Virus record (IMG/VR): IMGVR_UViG_3300025647_000017
DNA from: an uncultured virus (IMG/VR IMGVR_UViG_3300025647_000017)
Taxonomy: Duplodnaviria > Heunggongvirae > Uroviricota > Caudoviricetes
Strand: one strand, 5' to 3'
Length of the DNA: 64,000 nt
In this document: in pieces, positions 61,948 to 64,000 of the stretch
Numbering within the stretch: position 1 is the first letter of the stretch
Layout: the number at the start of each line of letters is the position of its first letter
The notes under the pieces: generated by a model
What the model was told of the DNA's origin: nothing
Databases searched by the model: none
Seen by the model: only the letters and a program-made list of their open reading frames with translations
Translations under genes and position numbers: made by a program

Positions 61948-63409
61948 AACTGTACCTCTCTTTGTATAAATCTTCTATAAAAGATATATCTATATTATTG
62001 GAGAAGATGTCAGAGATATTAGGTAATATTACATCATCATTACTCCCGTCTATAATATCATTAACCATCTCGTATAGAGTACTATCTAGGTTGAATATTT
62101 CCGTATACCCTCCGAATTTTATATTTGATTTTACCTGTAGTGGCTTGAAGAACATTTTTAAACTACTTTCAATCCTAGCACAATCTAGATATGACATCCT
62201 TCTGTAATTGAGGAATGTAAAAACAGAGTCTAGTGGTAGGTCTTTCTTGTATGTATACTCCCTACTAGATAGGCTACTAGTAATACCTATTTTATAAACA
62301 TTATCATCTAAGGAATCCACATATCCTAGGTAAAAATACCCATACTTCTTATGGATATTAGGTATTTTCAATATAGAGGCTATAGACCACCTATTCATAC
62401 CTAACTTACCACACGTAGGGCAACCAGAGTTTTTATTCTTATCCCTGTGCATTAGAGGGGTAACATTAAACCATTCATCGTGCTGATTACACTTAAGTTT
62501 AACCTTAGTGGTATTATTTACATACTGCACTAAGGAGTAATCTAGCGCACCATTCCCATATTCCACAATAGAATCAGAGATAAATTGGTCTTTACCTAAA
62601 AACATACCTTCCCTAGAACATTTCTGACAACCTTGCCCATTTACATGGTTATTGGCTATAACAGAAAATTCACCATGCCCTTGTTCCTTGCAAAACACTT
62701 TAACATTTTCAACAGCATTGATATATTCAGTATTGGTGTAGTCGTATAAGTTATTATGTACCTCCATTGCCTCTTTAATAAAAGCTTCGTTGGTTTTTGT
62801 CATGGATATTTTACGATCTTCTTCTCCGCATGTAGGGCAACCTTGCCCTTGTATATGTGCAGACGGTCTCTGTTTAAAAGGGATGTTGTGTTTTGTACAT
62901 AAGATCTCCATCATAGTGCGACTACAAACATAGTCCTCTACGTTATACACATATTTATCTCCGTGCAATGCTTTTGCTTTAGTGATGAAGACCTCACCTT
63001 CTTTTAAAATTTTACAATTACCACACCCACCATAGGGAGTATCTCTAACAGAAGATAAAGTAGATACATAGTGTCCATGTAACATACAGAACATATCTTG
63101 TTTAGAGTGTATGGTTTGGTACTCAGGGTTATCTAATACCTCATATTTATCACCGTGAGCCTTTTCAATTAAACCCTTCTGTATTTCAAAGTTCTCTCGT
63201 CTTCGTATAGCCAATGCACAATCACCGCACCTTTGTCTTGCGTGAATATGAGAGGAAGGCATCATAGTAAACTCACCATGTATTGGGCATATAATCCTAA
63301 TACTAGTCAACATAGCTATATATGGGTCTGGGTATTCATAATAGTCACCGTGGATAGCCTTCGCTTTTTCTATGAAAGTTTTAGTATTAAATTTTTCAGC
63401 CAATAGCAA
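61940..63409 (-). CDS. Free-standing homing endonuclease: about 5 Zn-ribbon (DUF723-like) repeats plus a GIY-YIG/T5orf172-like domain
   Basis: Repeated F..KA..HG..Y.Y..Y......I.C..HG.F..P..H..G.GC..C; YFYL..YKIGIT...R and GGYTE.F; its 3' end overlaps the terL start codon. Confidence 0.8.
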   Translation of the reverse strand: MLLAEKFNTKTFIEKAKAIHGDYYEYPDPYIAMLTSIRIICPIHGEFTMMPSSHIHARQRCGDCALAIRRRENFEIQKGLIEKAHGDKYEVLDNPEYQTIHSKQDMFCMLHGHYVSTLSSVRDTPYGGCGNCKILKEGEVFITKAKALHGDKYVYNVEDYVCSRTMMEILCTKHNIPFKQRPSAHIQGQGCPTCGEEDRKISMTKTNEAFIKEAMEVHNNLYDYTNTEYINAVENVKVFCKEQGHGEFSVIANNHVNGQGCQKCSREGMFLGKDQFISDSIVEYGNGALDYSLVQYVNNTTKVKLKCNQHDEWFNVTPLMHRDKNKNSGCPTCGKLGMNRWSIASILKIPNIHKKYGYFYLGYVDSLDDNVYKIGITSSLSSREYTYKKDLPLDSVFTFLNYRRMSYLDCARIESSLKMFFKPLQVKSNIKFGGYTEIFNLDSTLYEMVNDIIDGSNDDVILPNISDIFSNNIDISFIEDLYKERYSYE

Positions 63410-63954
63410 CCTCCACCTTATCTACATACCACTCAACATAGTTCCCTATATAAAAGTTTGGTATACCGTCTAACACTTCTTCCCCAAACTTATCAAACAA
63501 AGTCTTAACTTCTTTCCACTTATCTTCTTGGAATTCAGAAGCTATATAGATTTCATTATCATAATCAGAAAGGTCATGTGATGTACCACCATACGTATAA
63601 TCTATATAATCTTCCTGAATAGACGGATCTAACCCTGCAATCAACATTGAAGTTCCATGACCTACGTGCTTCATAGAGCATTCGTCTTGATCACCACATC
63701 TATCAATCTGCCATAACAATTGATTAACCTTCAAATTAGCTTGTTTCTTATTCATATCCTCTCCTTTAGTGTAGTTTATCTTTAGTACCCATATCAATCA
63801 TAATACTATTAATATGAGGTATCTTATTTAATAATTCAATCAGCTTATCCAATTCTACGTACCCGTAGAGGTCGCTGACACGTTCTTTCTCTCCTCCCTC
63901 CATCATCATATCATACTCCATAATTAACTCTGCTACGCCACTCTCAGGAGTCAC
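63396..63954 (-). CDS. Two hypothetical proteins (about 63396-63755, 63766-63954)
   Basis: ORFs coupled to the endonuclease gene. Confidence 0.5.
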
Positions 63955-64000
63955 AGTACCATGAAATGTATCTTGATAGTGTGTGAATGAGAATCCTACT

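Noticed and set aside
1..64000. tRNA or rRNA genes, integrase, endolysin, small terminase
   Set aside because: None recognised by eye in this window; they may lie outside it or be among the hypothetical ORFs

Overview
64 kb of an AT-rich lytic myovirus genome (contractile tail sheath/tube, baseplate, portal, capsid, T7-type primase-helicase, family A DNA polymerase). The host is probably a gammaproteobacterium, inferred from sigma70-type promoters and a two-component spanin. The main feature is a set of ten group I introns that can be read directly from the sequence: 1 in DNA polymerase, 4 in tandem in the tape-measure gene (exons of 20, 7 and 26 nt between them) and 5 in the terminase large subunit. 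Every one has a U at the 5' splice site in a P1 helix with a U-G pair, a P10 match to the next exon, a P7 core and a terminal G. Removing them restores continuous reading frames and conserved protein motifs. Nine of the ten have no ORF and are very small (194-279 nt); several lack whole peripheral domains (P9, or P2 and P8). The only intron-encoded HNH gene is frameshifted, while free-standing endonuclease genes sit next to polA and terL. Also present: an NARP1-like NAD-reconstitution pair, an RNA-repair cluster with two ligases, a second stripped-down PolA-fold gene behind an AT-rich repeat tract, a P2-type tail-chaperone frameshift and two depolymerase-like spikes. All RNA structures were assigned by eye; no folding or database search was run.
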